Source of the DNA: Psilocybe cubensis
Lineage: Eukaryota
Length of the DNA: 64,000 nt
Assembly: GCA_017499595.2 (NCBI GenBank)
Contig: CM039001.1
Coordinates: 3,038,001-3,102,000, forward strand
Direction of reading: 5' to 3'
A model generated the notes under the pieces. That model was not told where the DNA came from, made no database searches, and worked only from the letters and a program-made list of their open reading frames with translations. Positions 50,152-63,326 of this stretch are shown in pieces (positions within the stretch are counted from its first letter, which is position 1; each line of letters opens with the position of its first letter). The position numbers were made by a program, and so were the translations under genes.

Positions 50152-50693
50152 CACCGTCAATGCCCTTTTGGGGTTGTTCGCTGCCTCTGGACATTTTATA
50201 TTCCAAATTTGAATGATTCGAGTATTGATTATCGACCCTGCCGTATTTTAGGGACAAATGTAACAACTGAAATGTGTACCCTCGAAACGCGCCGCATACA
50301 AATGAATTTTTGTGGATGACAAGTCTCGCAATTCTTCTGTTGGCGAAAATTTGACGCGTACCCTCAATTTCCAACTCAGGCGAGATCAGTTGCCGTTACA
50401 GGAATGCGTTCCCTATGTTTACTGTATGGTATCTCAGTTCGGTGTATTGTTACTGCTGCTAAAGCATCAAGATCACTGGCAACTCATTCTCCTGACGATG
50501 AAAATATATATGATTGTCTCCCTAGATGATCGCAGTTTGTATTACTGTCAGTCGAAGAGTGAATGAACGAATGATGGCAAAATACATATTTGGATCACGA
50601 TTACTGTCAATCTCCTACCATTGCCATGGAGCACCGCCCTCCGCAAATAATCCTGAAGTAAAAGTCCTCGTTTCCGATGCTTCTCTTTCACCG

Positions 50694-52219
50694 ATGACCT
50701 CTACACAAAGCTACAATAACCTCCATTTACCGCAGGAGATCCTGGATTTGATTATTGACGAGGTTGCGCGCTTAAAACCCGTACTCGACTCACAAGCTGC
50801 CCTAAGGACCTGCACTCTCGTATCCAGAGCCTTCTGCAGACGCTCGCGAAAGCACCTATGGGCTGACTTCGTCTTTTACATGGACAGGTCTTCTAGGAAA
50901 CGTGCCACCGATCTCATACACATGCTTCGACGAAGAGACAACAGATCATTGGTAGCCCATGTCCGATCAATGCAACTCGTCTTCAACACCCCTGTAGAAG
51001 ATGAACAACACCGACTTGTACGTGCAAAGAACACGCTTAGTAAAGCGATAAAGCGGCCCTTTCAAAAATACTTTAAACCACAGTACACTGTCCTGGATGT
51101 TCTTCAGCACATACAAAATTGCGATTTTGAACATTTTAGTGTCAATTCTCTCGAACAGACTAGGCCTATCCACTGGACCAAGGACGAATTCAGCAAAGTC
51201 ATAAAGCCTACTCTGCTGGAAGTCCTGTCAAGTAACACGCGCATCAAGTCCTTCTCGCTGTGCAATATCGGATCGATATCTAAGCAGATGGTGGCAGCTG
51301 CTTTCTTTTCACCAGAAATGGAGGACTTGACCATGCGGAATTTACAGTTTGGGGAAGACGAGCTCGTCACTTTCACAGTCGAACGAGATTGTGTGCTCGC
51401 CGATCTACGAAAGTTAGAGATGATCAACGTACCTATGCTACCATTGCTCTCGTTGATCCACCTATTGGTGCCACATTCCTGGCCTTCCGGCTCTTTATCA
51501 AGTTCAGACTTCACTTCTTCTGATCTGGAACCACAACCACTATTCCCTCGACTTCAAACCCTTGTTGTGTCCGTACCGTATCCCGAGGATATGAACCCTC
51601 TTTGGAAATTGATTTTGGGTGGGGCGTCATGCCTGGAAAATCTGGAAATGGAATATCACTATAGAAGTAACTCTTCGATTCCTTTGCTAGTTTGTTCAGG
51701 GTGTCTTATCTGACACAATGTCTATTTATAGGATATGGAATACCAGAACTGGGTCAACTTTCCCTCCGCCGCTTAACAGCCTTGCGAAATTTCAGATTTC
51801 GAACAGTCTCACCAGATGATATCGTCTGGGTCGAAGCAAGCCAGCGGGTTTTGCTCAATATTTTTACTTTCCCCTGCTTCACCGAGAAATTGAGATCATT
51901 TGAGCTTCAGTATTTATTCAGCGCTGCTTGGGACACAAGTGACCACACTAATGGTAAACCGCTCGAACGACTCCGAAACGCAGCGCACTGGGAAGTCATC
52001 GACGATTGGCTCGTTAGTGACCATTTCCGTAGCTTCGAAACGCTGCAGCTCTCGGTAAAAGTAGTTCATAGTATGGGCGGAAGCGACGCGGTATACTACA
52101 TCCCAGCTGACGAGATGCTGGCCGCGGCTTTGCTCATGTTCCCCAAAATGACCGCGAAAGCTCATATTGAAGTTATCATGGAGGGTCAGATATTCTTCCG
52201 TCTGAATCCGACAATGTAA
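50694..52219 (+). CDS. F-box-like / LRR-like hypothetical protein, copy 4 (2 exons)
   Basis: MTSTQSYNNLHLPQEILDLIIDEVA..ALRTCTLVSRAFCRRSRKHLW. A phase-1 intron at 51667-51731 (GTAACT..ATAG) joins the two ORFs in frame. Confidence 0.8.
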
Positions 52220-52869
52220 TACCCCAATTACCAACGTAAACAATCTTCGATAGTATTAGTCCTGATATTCATTTATTTTAGTTAGATTTGCCACCAACGT
52301 TTCGCAGCAACTCATAGTAGTCCCAATGTGACAAATATAAAACGAATACTGGTCAAGTGTGTATTGGACTAGCATGGTAGCAATAGCGTACTCCACTGTA
52401 CATTTCTCTTCCAATACTAGGCTCAGAATGTATTTCCGGAATGTCCGCCGGCGAAGCAGCACTTTTTGTGTCTACGGTTACAGTTACACATAATTTGTAT
52501 GATATCATCTTACCAAAGTTGGACAATCTAACGATTAGTTCAGTACTTACACATATCCGATTCGGTCAGATACAAATGAAACTTGATAGGTAGATCCGAA
52601 GGTACATGAAAAAGGAGGGAGGCAAAGGGCGTATGCGGACTGATGAAGAGAGGTATTCTGGTATGCGGTCGTTTCTTGCCAAAACCGAGAGGCTTGGATG
52701 ACTTGTCGTGTCATCTCCATCATAATACCGCAACAACCGGAGATATGTATCTAGATGAGATGCTTGAAGTACACACATACTGTAGTAGGAGCTTCATGTA
52801 CGAACGGCTGGCCACGCATTCGCCTCCAGACCATAGGGGGTTGTACACACACTCACAGATCAAGATGAT

Positions 52870-54525
52870 TCACAGAAGCTTGACATACGAAGCCGGGAAT
52901 AGGCCCTTCTTCCCGTTGACTTCTCCAGTCCACCTGTCAGATAAGAATGAGTACCAAGATATTTAGAGACAAAAGGCGAGCGCGATGTCGTAAGGAATGC
53001 GTAAATGGATCTCAAACGAATTAGGAAGTAAGGACTTTTGAAAGTGACCGCGAGTAAAACAGGAGGCATTGAAGCGATCCATTTCCGGGTATGATAGGAG
53101 TGGTAGTGGTTGGGCAGCGCTGGTATATAAAAGCGTGGAGTTTCGGAAAGAGAAACGTACCAGTCGTCTGACGTCCTTTCCACCACCAAAATTCGGTCCC
53201 CTTCCGAAACCACTAGATCCCCCGCTTCCTAAGCGTATGGTCAATCACCCCGCCTAAACCTTTCATGATAATATACGCACTCCAGAATTATAGTCATACA
53301 GCGCCTCTGCCCATTCGCCATGTACTTCTGGTTCTGGTTCCGGCTCTTCGTATTTTGGTTGTTGGAAGCGTGGAGCGGGAGGAGGGGGCGGGGTTGCAGC
53401 GGCAGGGTCCGGCGTAGGCGTACTTGTCGACGAAGAAGTACGCCTAGGCGGCGGAGCGAAATTATTCTGCCTTGGCGCAAAAGCAGGCGGAACTGCTACC
53501 TGGGGAGGCGATGCGGGCTTGCTGCGTAGAGACCCGATGAAGCCCTTGCCTGAGGACATGTCGACAGAGTTACCGAATTTCTGTGGATGAACGTGGAATG
53601 GAGATCAATTGTCAGAGAGGGCAATGATTGAAAAAGGTGATAGCATCAGTAAGGGGGAAATGAAAGGGAAATGGGCAGAAGGACGGAGGAGACAAGCCCA
53701 GCGAAGCTCCCAAAGAATGGAACCGCACAATCATTTCAAGCGAGCGTACTTACTTTCACAGAAACCAGGCTGCTGGCTGAAGATGGCTTTTCAGCAATTT
53801 GGGAAGAACTTGCGGATGAGGGCGTGGGTTGGTTATTTCTGGCGTTTGCAAATGCGGCCACCCGGCCTGCCACACTAGTGACCGCCTGGCCCTCGTTATC
53901 GGAATCCTGTGTTCATGCGAAAGTTCGGAATCAGGCCATGCAAATTCCAAGCCCCCGAGGATATGGGTGAAATAAAGGACAGAAGATAAACCAATAAAAT
54001 GGAGTGATCAGAAACCAGTCGCGATACCCAGGATACATCTCTGTCTCTGATTGATGGGGAAGGACAAGAGACATGGTGTATCAAGCCAGAAACTCACCCC
54101 AGCTCCGGCGCTTGCATATGCACTTGAACTTGGACCACCAGCACTAGTACCAGAAGAACGAGCACTGGAGATCTGTTTCAGACCAGCTGACATAAACTTT
54201 GCGGTTGCCTCTGGATTGGAAGCCATGGCGCGACCAACTGCAGACACGGCTGCCCCCTGGGGAGTGTTTGTCGACGGGGGAGCATCTGAATGAGCGGCAT
54301 TGGCAAATATCTCAGGCCGTGCTGAGAAGTACCTGGAAGACAAGATTGATGAGCAGGTGGCGCAGTTGGATCACAAGGGAAGTGAAAGGGAAGGAAAAGA
54401 CACAGGGGCGGCCAGAACAGCAACGCCCGTGAGCCGAGCCTTCGAAATTGTATAAAAGGAACTCACTCATCCAACAGCGAGAAAAACGCCTCCTTCTCAT
54501 GCGGCTGTAGATTGGAAAAGACCAT
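52870..54525 (-). CDS. Proline-rich protein with C-terminal SH3 domain, multi-exon
   Basis: MVFSNLQPHEKEAFFSLLDE|YFSARPEIF..polyPro..EWAEALYDYNSG|EAGDLVVSEGDRILVVERTSDDW|WTGEVNGKKGLFPASYVKLL* (ALYDY, WW and GLFPxxYV SH3 motifs). Confidence 0.88.
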
Positions 54526-55089
54526 TCCGGTGAGTGTGTTTCGTATCCGACACAATGCAAGATGACTGATTGAGATAAAGCCTAGTACCCGGGTCCAATA
54601 GCCCGTCCCAAGTCACAAAATTGGATCATTTACTTTTAACCGACCATACAATATAAAACGCGGTACACGATTCCAAGTGAAATAATAGGACGGACACAAG
54701 AGAAAAAAGGCCAAGCAGTTGATAACAAGGTGAGCTAGCAGGACAACTACATTTACGCAAAAACTGATTTTTGGGGCATCACGTCAAGAAAAGAGTCGAA
54801 GACAGAAAAAGAAAAGAAACGCCGAAAAGAAAGAGAAAATGATATCTTCTTCAATAACAAGCAAATAAACAGAGAAGCAGAGAGAAAAGATGAAATAATA
54901 AACCAACGGGCAGGTTTTTAGCAAGCCCAGATCAGCAATATCGTAAGTTACAATGTTCGTTGGTTCACTCGTTGTCTACACTTTTTGACACATGACGACA
55001 CCAGGGGTGTGCTGTGATGGAGAGTGGGGGAAATAGAAAGTATAGTGTTTGGAGGAACCAGTCAATAATTTTAAAAGGCACGTCGCAGA

Positions 55090-58000
55090 TCAAGCATTCC
55101 AGTTGAACAAGTCGAAATCATTCGGCAGGATCTGATCTGAGGGAGGGGTATGTTGCGGGTTGATATGTTGTTGTTGTGGTGCAGGAGTGGCAGACATATG
55201 TCGTGTATGATCGCTAGCCACTGGTGACGGGGCGAACGGGTACCCAGAGCCACCACCACCACCCTGGGCAGGTGTACCCCAATTTTGGCTGTTCGTTGGT
55301 GAAGGCGCGCTCACATTTCCGCCTCCTCCACCACCACCCAGGAATGGTGTCCCTGATGCGCTTCCAGGCGGCGACATACCATAATTCGATTGCTGCTGCT
55401 GGTTCGACAACATCTGTTGTTGTGCTGCGTTCATCATCTGCTGGTTAAACCCGGGGCTTTGCGACGACATGGCGCGCGCAGCCTGTTGTTGCTGTTGTTG
55501 GACCAGCATTCGTTGGTAGTCCTCGTGGCTGGAGGACGCTACTCGAGATGGCGGCCCTCGGGATGTCAGAGGGGAAGGTGCTCCTCCATCGGACGGCGAG
55601 CGTGTGCTCCTTGCGATGCCCGGTATTGTAGACCCCGACCGCATCGACGCGGCAGAAGAGGGCCCTGCGAATCCAGAATCAGAGCCTAGTGGAGAACCTG
55701 CATGGGTCGGAGATGAGGCGTTCATTTGATGCTGTAACTGCTGTTGCTGTTGCTGCCGCAGACGCTCTTGTATCATCTGCTGCTGGTTAAGTGTCATGGA
55801 CACATTCCCAGATCCCATTCCTCCCATTCCTGCACCAAATTGAGGTCCGCCTCCACCTCCTCCGCCAGAGTTCATGCCGGCTGGGCCACTGCCACCAGGA
55901 CCCATTCCCATCGCTACGTTGGCAGCATTACGGTTCTGTTGCTGTTGCAAAAGCATGAGCTGCCGTTGCTGAGCTTGTTGCGCACTTAGGTTTCCAGGTC
56001 CACCAGCGCCAGCAGTTAGACCCATACCGCCGCCTTGCATGCCCATATTACTAGTTAGCATGCGGGGGTCCATACTGCCTACACCTCCCATACCCATACC
56101 ACTAGGACCACTACCACCGCCTCCGCCCATCATACCGCCCATTCCACCACCACCACCTCCGCCTCCGCCACCTGCGCCACCAAGACCGAACATTTGGTTT
56201 TGCTGGTTCGCCAGTGACTGAGCCTGGACAGGTGAAACTGGACTGTTGCCCATGCCATTGTTCATAAACCCTGTTCCACCTGTATTTTGCTGGAGTTGCA
56301 TCTGCTGTTGGGGCGACAGACCGCTCATTTGCATATTCGGAAGGGTGGCTGAGCCAGATGAACGGTTCATGGCAGACAACGCCTGTTGCTGTTGCTGTTG
56401 CAGCTGCGATGCGTGGTCCGGTTTTTGCATATTCTAAAAAGAAATCAGCAATTATACCGAGTTATGAGAGGAGAGATGCCGCATACCCTCATGAGAACTA
56501 TGAGCCTCTGAATCTGTGCATTCACTGGCATACTCTCAAAGTTGGGGATATTATTTTGAAGGTACTGATAAGCGGCGTGGTTGGGGTTGTTGAGGATGGC
56601 CATCGCCTGTTGATATTGCGCAGGAGTTATTGGGAGCTGAGGACCGGGTCCACCAGCACCAGGCATATTACCACCAGGACCGCGTACTCCAGGACCTCCT
56701 CCAGGCATCATGCCCCCAGCACCGCCAACGCCGCCGCCGTCTCCTCCCATCCCACTTGTCCGCCGCATCCCAGCGACCATTGGGTTGGCTCCGCCCCCAC
56801 CACCACCGATCATATCCGCGTTCTGCGATCTTGGGCCACCCATGCCACCGCTTCCATCCATATGCCCCTGCTGCATCTGTCCGCGCTGCTGCTGTTGCGC
56901 GGCCTGCATCATGAGCTGCTGCTGGCGCATCGCTGCAAGGCGTGCTGGATCCATCGGCCCGCCTCCAGGCATACCAGCGCCCACACCAGCGCCAACGCCA
57001 CCTAAACGCGCAGGGTTCATCCCGCCGCTTGTGTTCATGCCCATATTGATGCCCATCGCGGAGGGGTTGACACCACTCATGTCCATGCCCTGCATCCCGC
57101 CTCCGCCTCCGCCGCCCTGCCCACCACTGACTCCTCCCATTCCACCCATGCCGCCGACGCCCATCCCTTGCTGAAGTTGTTGTTGTCTGGCCATCTGCAC
57201 CTGCATCATGCGCTGACGTTCCCTCGTCTGGGCATTCGTCTGCGCCTCGGAGAGGTTAATTCCGATATTGTTCAGCGCCTGCGTATTCTGCTGTTGCTGA
57301 TTGATGCCTTGGTGTTGAGGAGGTTGCTGAGAAGTTGAGGCGTCGGATGGCCCCGCTACAGATCCAGAGGCCGACGGAGAGGGCGAGGGCTGTTGTCTCT
57401 GCTGGCCAGCATTTTGCATCTGCTGCTGGTGGCTAGGCGAATGGTGATGGCTTGCAGAGCTAGGCGATGCTCTCGAGGACGAAGATGGAGGGCGAGGCGG
57501 TTGCTGCTGCTGCTGATTCTGTTGCCGAGGCGACAACTGCACCTGCTGTCCTTGTCCTTGCCCTGCACCGTTGACAGCCCCTGACATGGGCAGAGAGAAC
57601 TGCGTCGGGCCGTTCACGTTCACATTGATACCTCCACTTCCACCACCATTTTGTTGATGTTGCTGTTGTTGCATCTGTTGGCTTTGCATTTGCTGCTGCT
57701 GCTGTAGAGCCTGCATTTGTTGGAAATGCTGCTGTTGTTGCGACAACCCCATCGATGATGACGATGTTGCGGAAGCTGGTGTTGACGCAGAAGACGAGGC
57801 AGAATTGGGTATCGAAGATGGTGGAGGCATGAGCATGTTTTGGTTCTGGTTGGTGTTGTTCCCACTGGGCGTCGGTGTCCGGTGCTGGTTTGGATTCTGG
57901 TTCTGATTCTGCTGCTGCTGGGCTTGTTGATGGGATGTTGGCGCAGGCGATGTAGATGACGGGGGCACACTGCCGCTACTCGCTCCAGGCCCGGAAGAGA

Positions 58001-60706
58001 TCTTGTTCTCCCCTGTATCCCGGCGCTTGTAACTAGGCACCCCTCCTCCCATACCGTCCGCTCCCATCCCGCTACCAGCGCCTCCGGAACCAGAACCACC
58101 CCCAATGCCCAAAAGGGAGTCATCGGCAGGCCGCTCGCGCTTGAGAGCGTTTTGCGCATGGTTCATCCCACCGAGGATGGCCATGTTCGCCACATTGGCC
58201 ATGCCTGCGCCCATGTTGGCGGACGCAGCCGTGGAGGGGTTTATTGGGTTCATACCGCCCACGTTCATATTGCCCATGTTGACGTTCATGCCCATTCCCA
58301 TGCCCATCATATTCCCACCTACCCCCGCACCCGCAACTCCAGGGTTCCCAGAGGCACCAGCACTGGCAGGTGGCGAACCTGCACCTCCCATTCCACCCAT
58401 GCCCTGCGCACTCGCACCAGCACCACCCATCATCATCATCATCTGCTGTCGCTTCGCCACGTCCTTCGCGAAGACCCCTGGAAGCTCGGCGTAAATCTGG
58501 CGGATACGCTCTGCGTTGGCAGCCACGCTGGGTTCATCTTGGAACATTTCCGGTATGGTGTTGAGAGAGGAGGGGGGCTCGAATACCGGGAGTGACTGAT
58601 CATGTCGTATTGGTGGTGATCGAGGTATATTATTTGGTTATAGGCGGACAGGTAGGTAGTAAGAGGGATAGAACAAGGGCGGAGGGGAAGAAAAAAAGGA
58701 AGATAAAGATAAAGAAGGTCAGTGGATGGTGAAGGGAAGAAGTGAATAGAGTAAGGTAAATCGGAGGAACGTACAGATTGACGGCCATGGTCGACGATGG
58801 ATGCGAGCCATGTGAGATTTGACTGCATGCGATTTGAGTATCTATCGTGTATTTCAGGTAAGCGGATGTTTATTATTTCCGGTGCAAGCAAGAAAGTAAG
58901 TGGATGCAATGGATGGAGCTTGATAATAGAGGTATGGGGATGGATGGAAAAGAGGGTAAAATGGTTGTGGTAAGACGTGGACGAGGGAATGTATGGATAT
59001 GAGAAAGGGTAAATGAGAAACTTACTGTATGAACCGGGGGTCGCTGGCCTGAATGCCTTTATTCTGGAATAACATACACATTCTGGGGTTAAGAAGTCAG
59101 CGATCAGTATGGGAAAAATAGAAAAGCCGATAAAATATCAGAGTTTGGACAAGGGAAGTCAGAATAGGTAGAAGCAAAACCGATGCAGAAAATGAAGCGT
59201 ATCTTGCACGATAAGATGAAAAGATTTTAGGGCGAGGAAAAGGGGAGATATTGAGAGAAGTAGTCATAAAACAACCAATGAAGAAAGGGATAATAGTGTG
59301 GCATTGGAAAAATGAAATTAGTGGGAAACTTACTTGAACAGTTCAACATTCAGGTCTAATATCAGTGCCGCTCTAGGATCTTCCGAGCTTTGATTCGTGT
59401 TGGTGGCATTGCTGCTGCCAGTCGGTGTTGTAGAGTGTTGTGTCGTGGATGAAGGTGGGTTCATGGCATTTGCAGAGGCGGGGTTGATACTTGAGGATGC
59501 AAAGGAGGAAGAGGAAAGAGAATCATTGACGTTGGTTGAAGAGGATGAGGAAGCCAGGTTCGAAGAAGGCGTGGGTGGATGTAGCGGCTGGTGCTGGAGG
59601 TGTTGGGAATGATTTGAGTCCAAATTCGGCTGTGAGGCCGGACTGGGTCCTGCAGTCGGAGTAGGGTTAGCAGTGGGATGTGGATGGGAATGTGACGGCA
59701 ACAACGAACTCGACGACGATGCATGTGGTATTGGAGTGGAACCTGTCGCTGTGTGGCTGGCTGAACCGTTGCTGGTGCTATGGTCGCCGCCGCCGAAGTG
59801 GATGCTGCCGCTGCCGCTGTGATTACTGCTGCTGCTGCCTCCAGACTCAGTTGTCCCACCATGTCCGCTTCCCCCGTTCCCGCTACCGCCAATGCCAACA
59901 CTGTGGTTATCGAGCAGACCACCGGTCATGCTCATTCCTAGGTCAGTAAAATCCATATCTATGCCGTTCATGGCGTGCTCAACGTGGTCCAAAGGAGCCG
60001 GCATGTCCATAGGCATGGAGATATCGTCTCCGCCCAAAGGGATGTCCATGGAATCGAGAAGCGTGCCAGCACCGCCGGCACCAGCACCCTGCTCGTGGGG
60101 CTGCCCCTGGCCGCCGCTGCTGCCCTCCCCGTCCCCTTGTGTAGTTGATTCAGATTGTTGGAGATCGTCGACGTGGGCGCGTTTGTGTCCGTGGTCGATC
60201 CCGTTGCTGGATGAGGTGGTGGCGGTCTCCGGAGGCGCTTCGTCGTCGTCGTTCTCGTTCTCGTTCTCGTCGTCCTGGTCGGGAGGCGGCTCGCTGAGGG
60301 GCGTGGAGACGCGCGAGGATTCGTCGTTCTGCTGCGGCTGCTGTGCGTTCGAGATGTCCTCGGACGCAGGCTGTGGCTGCTCTGAATGGCCTGTCGTTGG
60401 TCTTGTCGTAGTGGAGGGCAAGTCGGAGCTGTCCCCGGGCTGCTGTTCCCTCTGCACCTGGCCATCGTCGCCGTCCTCCTCCTCCTCTTCCTTCTGCGGT
60501 GTCTCCTCCGGGGCCTCGTTCTCCTGTGGCTGGGGGAGTAGCGAATTTGAGTCTGCGGGTGTGTTTTGGTCAGGGGATTGTATGGATACGACGGCGGGTT
60601 TGCTGTCGGAGCCGTCTATGCGTAGAAAGTCATGGGTGTGGGTATCGTCCCAGTGGTGGTGGTGATCTTGGGCAGACTTTGGAGAGAGATGGTCTAGACG
60701 AATCAT
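55090..60706 (-). CDS. Very long Q/G/M/N/S-rich low-complexity protein with an internal SSXT (SS18/GIF/Snf11-like) domain; putative SWI/SNF-associated coactivator
   Basis: Exons 60706-59334, 59082-59026, 58841-58775 and 58595 downward join to give RAALILDLNVELFKMCMLFQNKGIQASDPRFIQYSNRMQSNLTWLASIVDHG, matching the LDxNxxLI..Q...QY...LQxNLxxLAxxxD SSXT pattern. It continues through ORFs 56445-58547 and 55090-56430. Confidence 0.72.
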
Positions 60707-61067
60707 AGCCCGGCTCTCTGCTAGTTTTTCGCTGCAAGTGCAAGTTAGCCTTAAACAACCTGCCAACACTCTGCCAGACAACAGCGGAGTCTCAATTCTG
60801 TGCTCTCTCTGCCGTTCTTTCGCTCTGCACCATGGTATCCTCACTGGCAATTAGAAAAACGCATACAGCTGCCCAGCGATGCCCCCGTTCGCCAGCTTTC
60901 AATTTTATTTAATCAGCCATCGTCACCGTTGTCTGCACAGCGCCAAGCATGCATATGCCCGACAACCTGCTGATGTAATCCTTTGGCCCTGTTTGCCATC
61001 AGAACCCATCCTCTCATAGGTGTATCCGTCCAACCCTCCAAAACGTTCCCTCAAGACACTCAAGGAT

Positions 61068-61269
61068 GTAAGTATGCCCCTCCTCGCTCTGGATCTGGTC
61101 TATATCGCCTGCTGTGTGTCCCTCGAGCCCTGCTGGCCAGCAAACGCGGCGAGAAACGGTGGATTTTGGGTGGATTGCGATGGATGGGCTGGGATGCACT
61201 TGGCTTGACCCCGGACTCGACTTTTTCTTCCTTCCCACTCGTGCTGAAATCGTCTTTCTTCCTCTGTAG
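61068..61269 (+). promoter_or_regulatory. Probable 5'-UTR (leader) intron of RPL2
   Basis: Consensus donor GTAAGT at 61068, a pyrimidine tract, and TGTAG ending at 61269, 8 nt before the ATG. Confidence 0.65.
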
Positions 61270-61277
61270 AAAACGCA

Positions 61278-62214
61278 ATGGGTCGGGTTATCAGGGCACA
61301 AAGGCGCTCGCACGCCATCGTACGTCCCGCTGTTTTCATCGAACCTTGAATCTCCAATAACACTCTGCATTAGTTCAAATCCCACACTCACCACAACAAG
61401 GCCCCCGCCCGTCTGCGTAACCTCGACTTCGCAGAGCGCAACGGCTACATCCGCGGTATCGTTAAGGAGATCATCCACGACGCCGGGCGGTATGTCCACA
61501 AACTGCTCAATTTTCTATATATTTCGATAAATTAATCGTCGTATAGTGGTGCTCCCCTCGCCCGTGTAGTCTTCCGTGATCCCTACCGCTACAAGCAGCG
61601 CACCGAGACCTTCATCGCCACCGAGGGCCTCCATACCGGCGCCTTCGTTTACTGCGGCAAAAAGGCCACTTTGGCCGTCGGCAACGTCCTCCCCGTCGCC
61701 CAATGCCCTGAGGGAACCATCATCTGCAACGTCGAGGAGAAGACCGGTGACCGCGGCGCGCTTGCCCGCACCTCTGGCAACTACGCCACCATCATCGGCC
61801 ACAGCCCCGACGACAACAAGACCCGCATCCGTCTGCCCTCTGGCGCCAAGAAGACCGTCTCGGGAGACGCCCGTGCCACCGTTGGAATCGTTGCTGGAGG
61901 AGGAAGGATTGACAAGCCCTTGTTGAAGGCTGGTCGTGCGTACTACAAGTTCAAGGCCAAGCGCTACAACTGGCCTCGTACTCGTGGTGTGGCTATGAAC
62001 CCCGTGGACCATCCTCATGGTGGTGGTAACCACCAGCATATCGGAAAGGCTTCCACCATTGCCCGCTCCGCTGTTCCTGGACAGAAAGTCGGTCTCATTG
62101 CCGCTCGCAGGGTACGTATCATGATCATAGTTTTGTACACGGCGTTTTGGAAGCTCACTATTCGCTCCATAGACTGGTCTGCTACGTGGTACCGTCAAAG
62201 TCAAGGAAGTTTAG
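61278..62214 (+). CDS. RPL2: 60S ribosomal protein uL2 (yeast L2 / mammalian L8), 4 coding exons
   Basis: [114 protein letters not shown]. Confidence 0.97.
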
Positions 62215-63161
62215 ATATCTTGAATGTCTATCTTTTTTTCCACTCTTACTTTGTCTTTGCTCTCGTCCCACTTTTTTTCTCCTCATACTGTGGCGTCGGT
62301 TGAAATACACTCCGTCATCGATGCACCCACCAGCACATTATACGATCCCATCCCCATCACTGCCCCGACCCATTGTGAACCTTACGTTCAGAAAAGGCAC
62401 GTCTTGGCACGTTGTACGCTTTTATGCGTATGGTTTCTGGTTATCCCAGCCAGTCTCATACATCTCACAAAAATTATGCTTGATTATGCATTTTTATGAG
62501 TCCTTCTGTCGTATGGTTTGAAACGATTGAGCGAGTGAATTGCTTTTATGCAGCCAATGTGGATGGAATTTTACCAATAAGGGTATTTAAGTTCACTTTG
62601 TCCGGATTTGGTGTATCGATGTCCTTTTTAAGCGAAACTGCGTTCAAGGCGTTGGGTGAGTAACCCTCAAGATGCTTAGAAATTTAATAGGAGAGCGCGG
62701 GGTGGCAATGTCGGTAGCTTCAAGTATGTTCATTAAAGCTGTTCGCTGCCAACACCGATGACCGCTTGAAGTCGGTTTGTATAGATGTACTCCAACGTGA
62801 TTGGCAAATCGCTCGGCGCTGGACAGTGTCAAAATCTTTTTGTTTCTGTTGTACTTGTAGTAGTAAGAACATGTTTGGTAAAGTCTAAACAGAATGCAGG
62901 AAAGTATTTTTACGAGAACATAGTAATTGCCGCGACAAGCTAAAAAAAAAGTAACGGAAACATTTCCAATAAATAAATAAAGGTATATATTCAAACAAGC
63001 CATGTATGGGTTTTATGTTTTTACAAGAGAAACCTAAGGATCTAAAGAGACAAGCGAGCTATAGAGTGTCCAATAAATAAAAATAAAAAGTCCAGTCAAG
63101 TCATAAGAGTCGTGTCGTAGCTATAATAAAACCATACCAATACGTGCAATAGTTAAATGTG

Positions 63162-63326
63162 TAATCGTGCAAGGGGAAAATAATCGTGCAAGGGGGAAAT
63201 AATTGTGCAAGGGGGAAATAATAGTGCAAGGGGGAAATAATCGTGCAAGGGGGAATAATCGTGGAAAGGAAAATAGTCGTGCAAATTGAAATGGTCGTGC
63301 AAAGTGATATAATCGTGCAAATGGAA
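63162..63326. repeat. 18-19 nt tandem repeat, 9 copies (consensus TAATCGTGCAAGGGGGAAA), progressively degenerate
   Basis: Units start at 63162, 63181, 63200, 63219, 63238, 63256, 63274, 63292 and 63310. Confidence 0.9.

Noticed and set aside
61515-62204. 229-aa minus-strand ORF
   Set aside because: Antisense shadow of codon-biased RPL2; the same applies to 46915-47373 over RPS25.
63162-63326. CRISPR-like array
   Set aside because: Units are head-to-tail with no unique spacers, there are no cas genes, and the context is eukaryotic.
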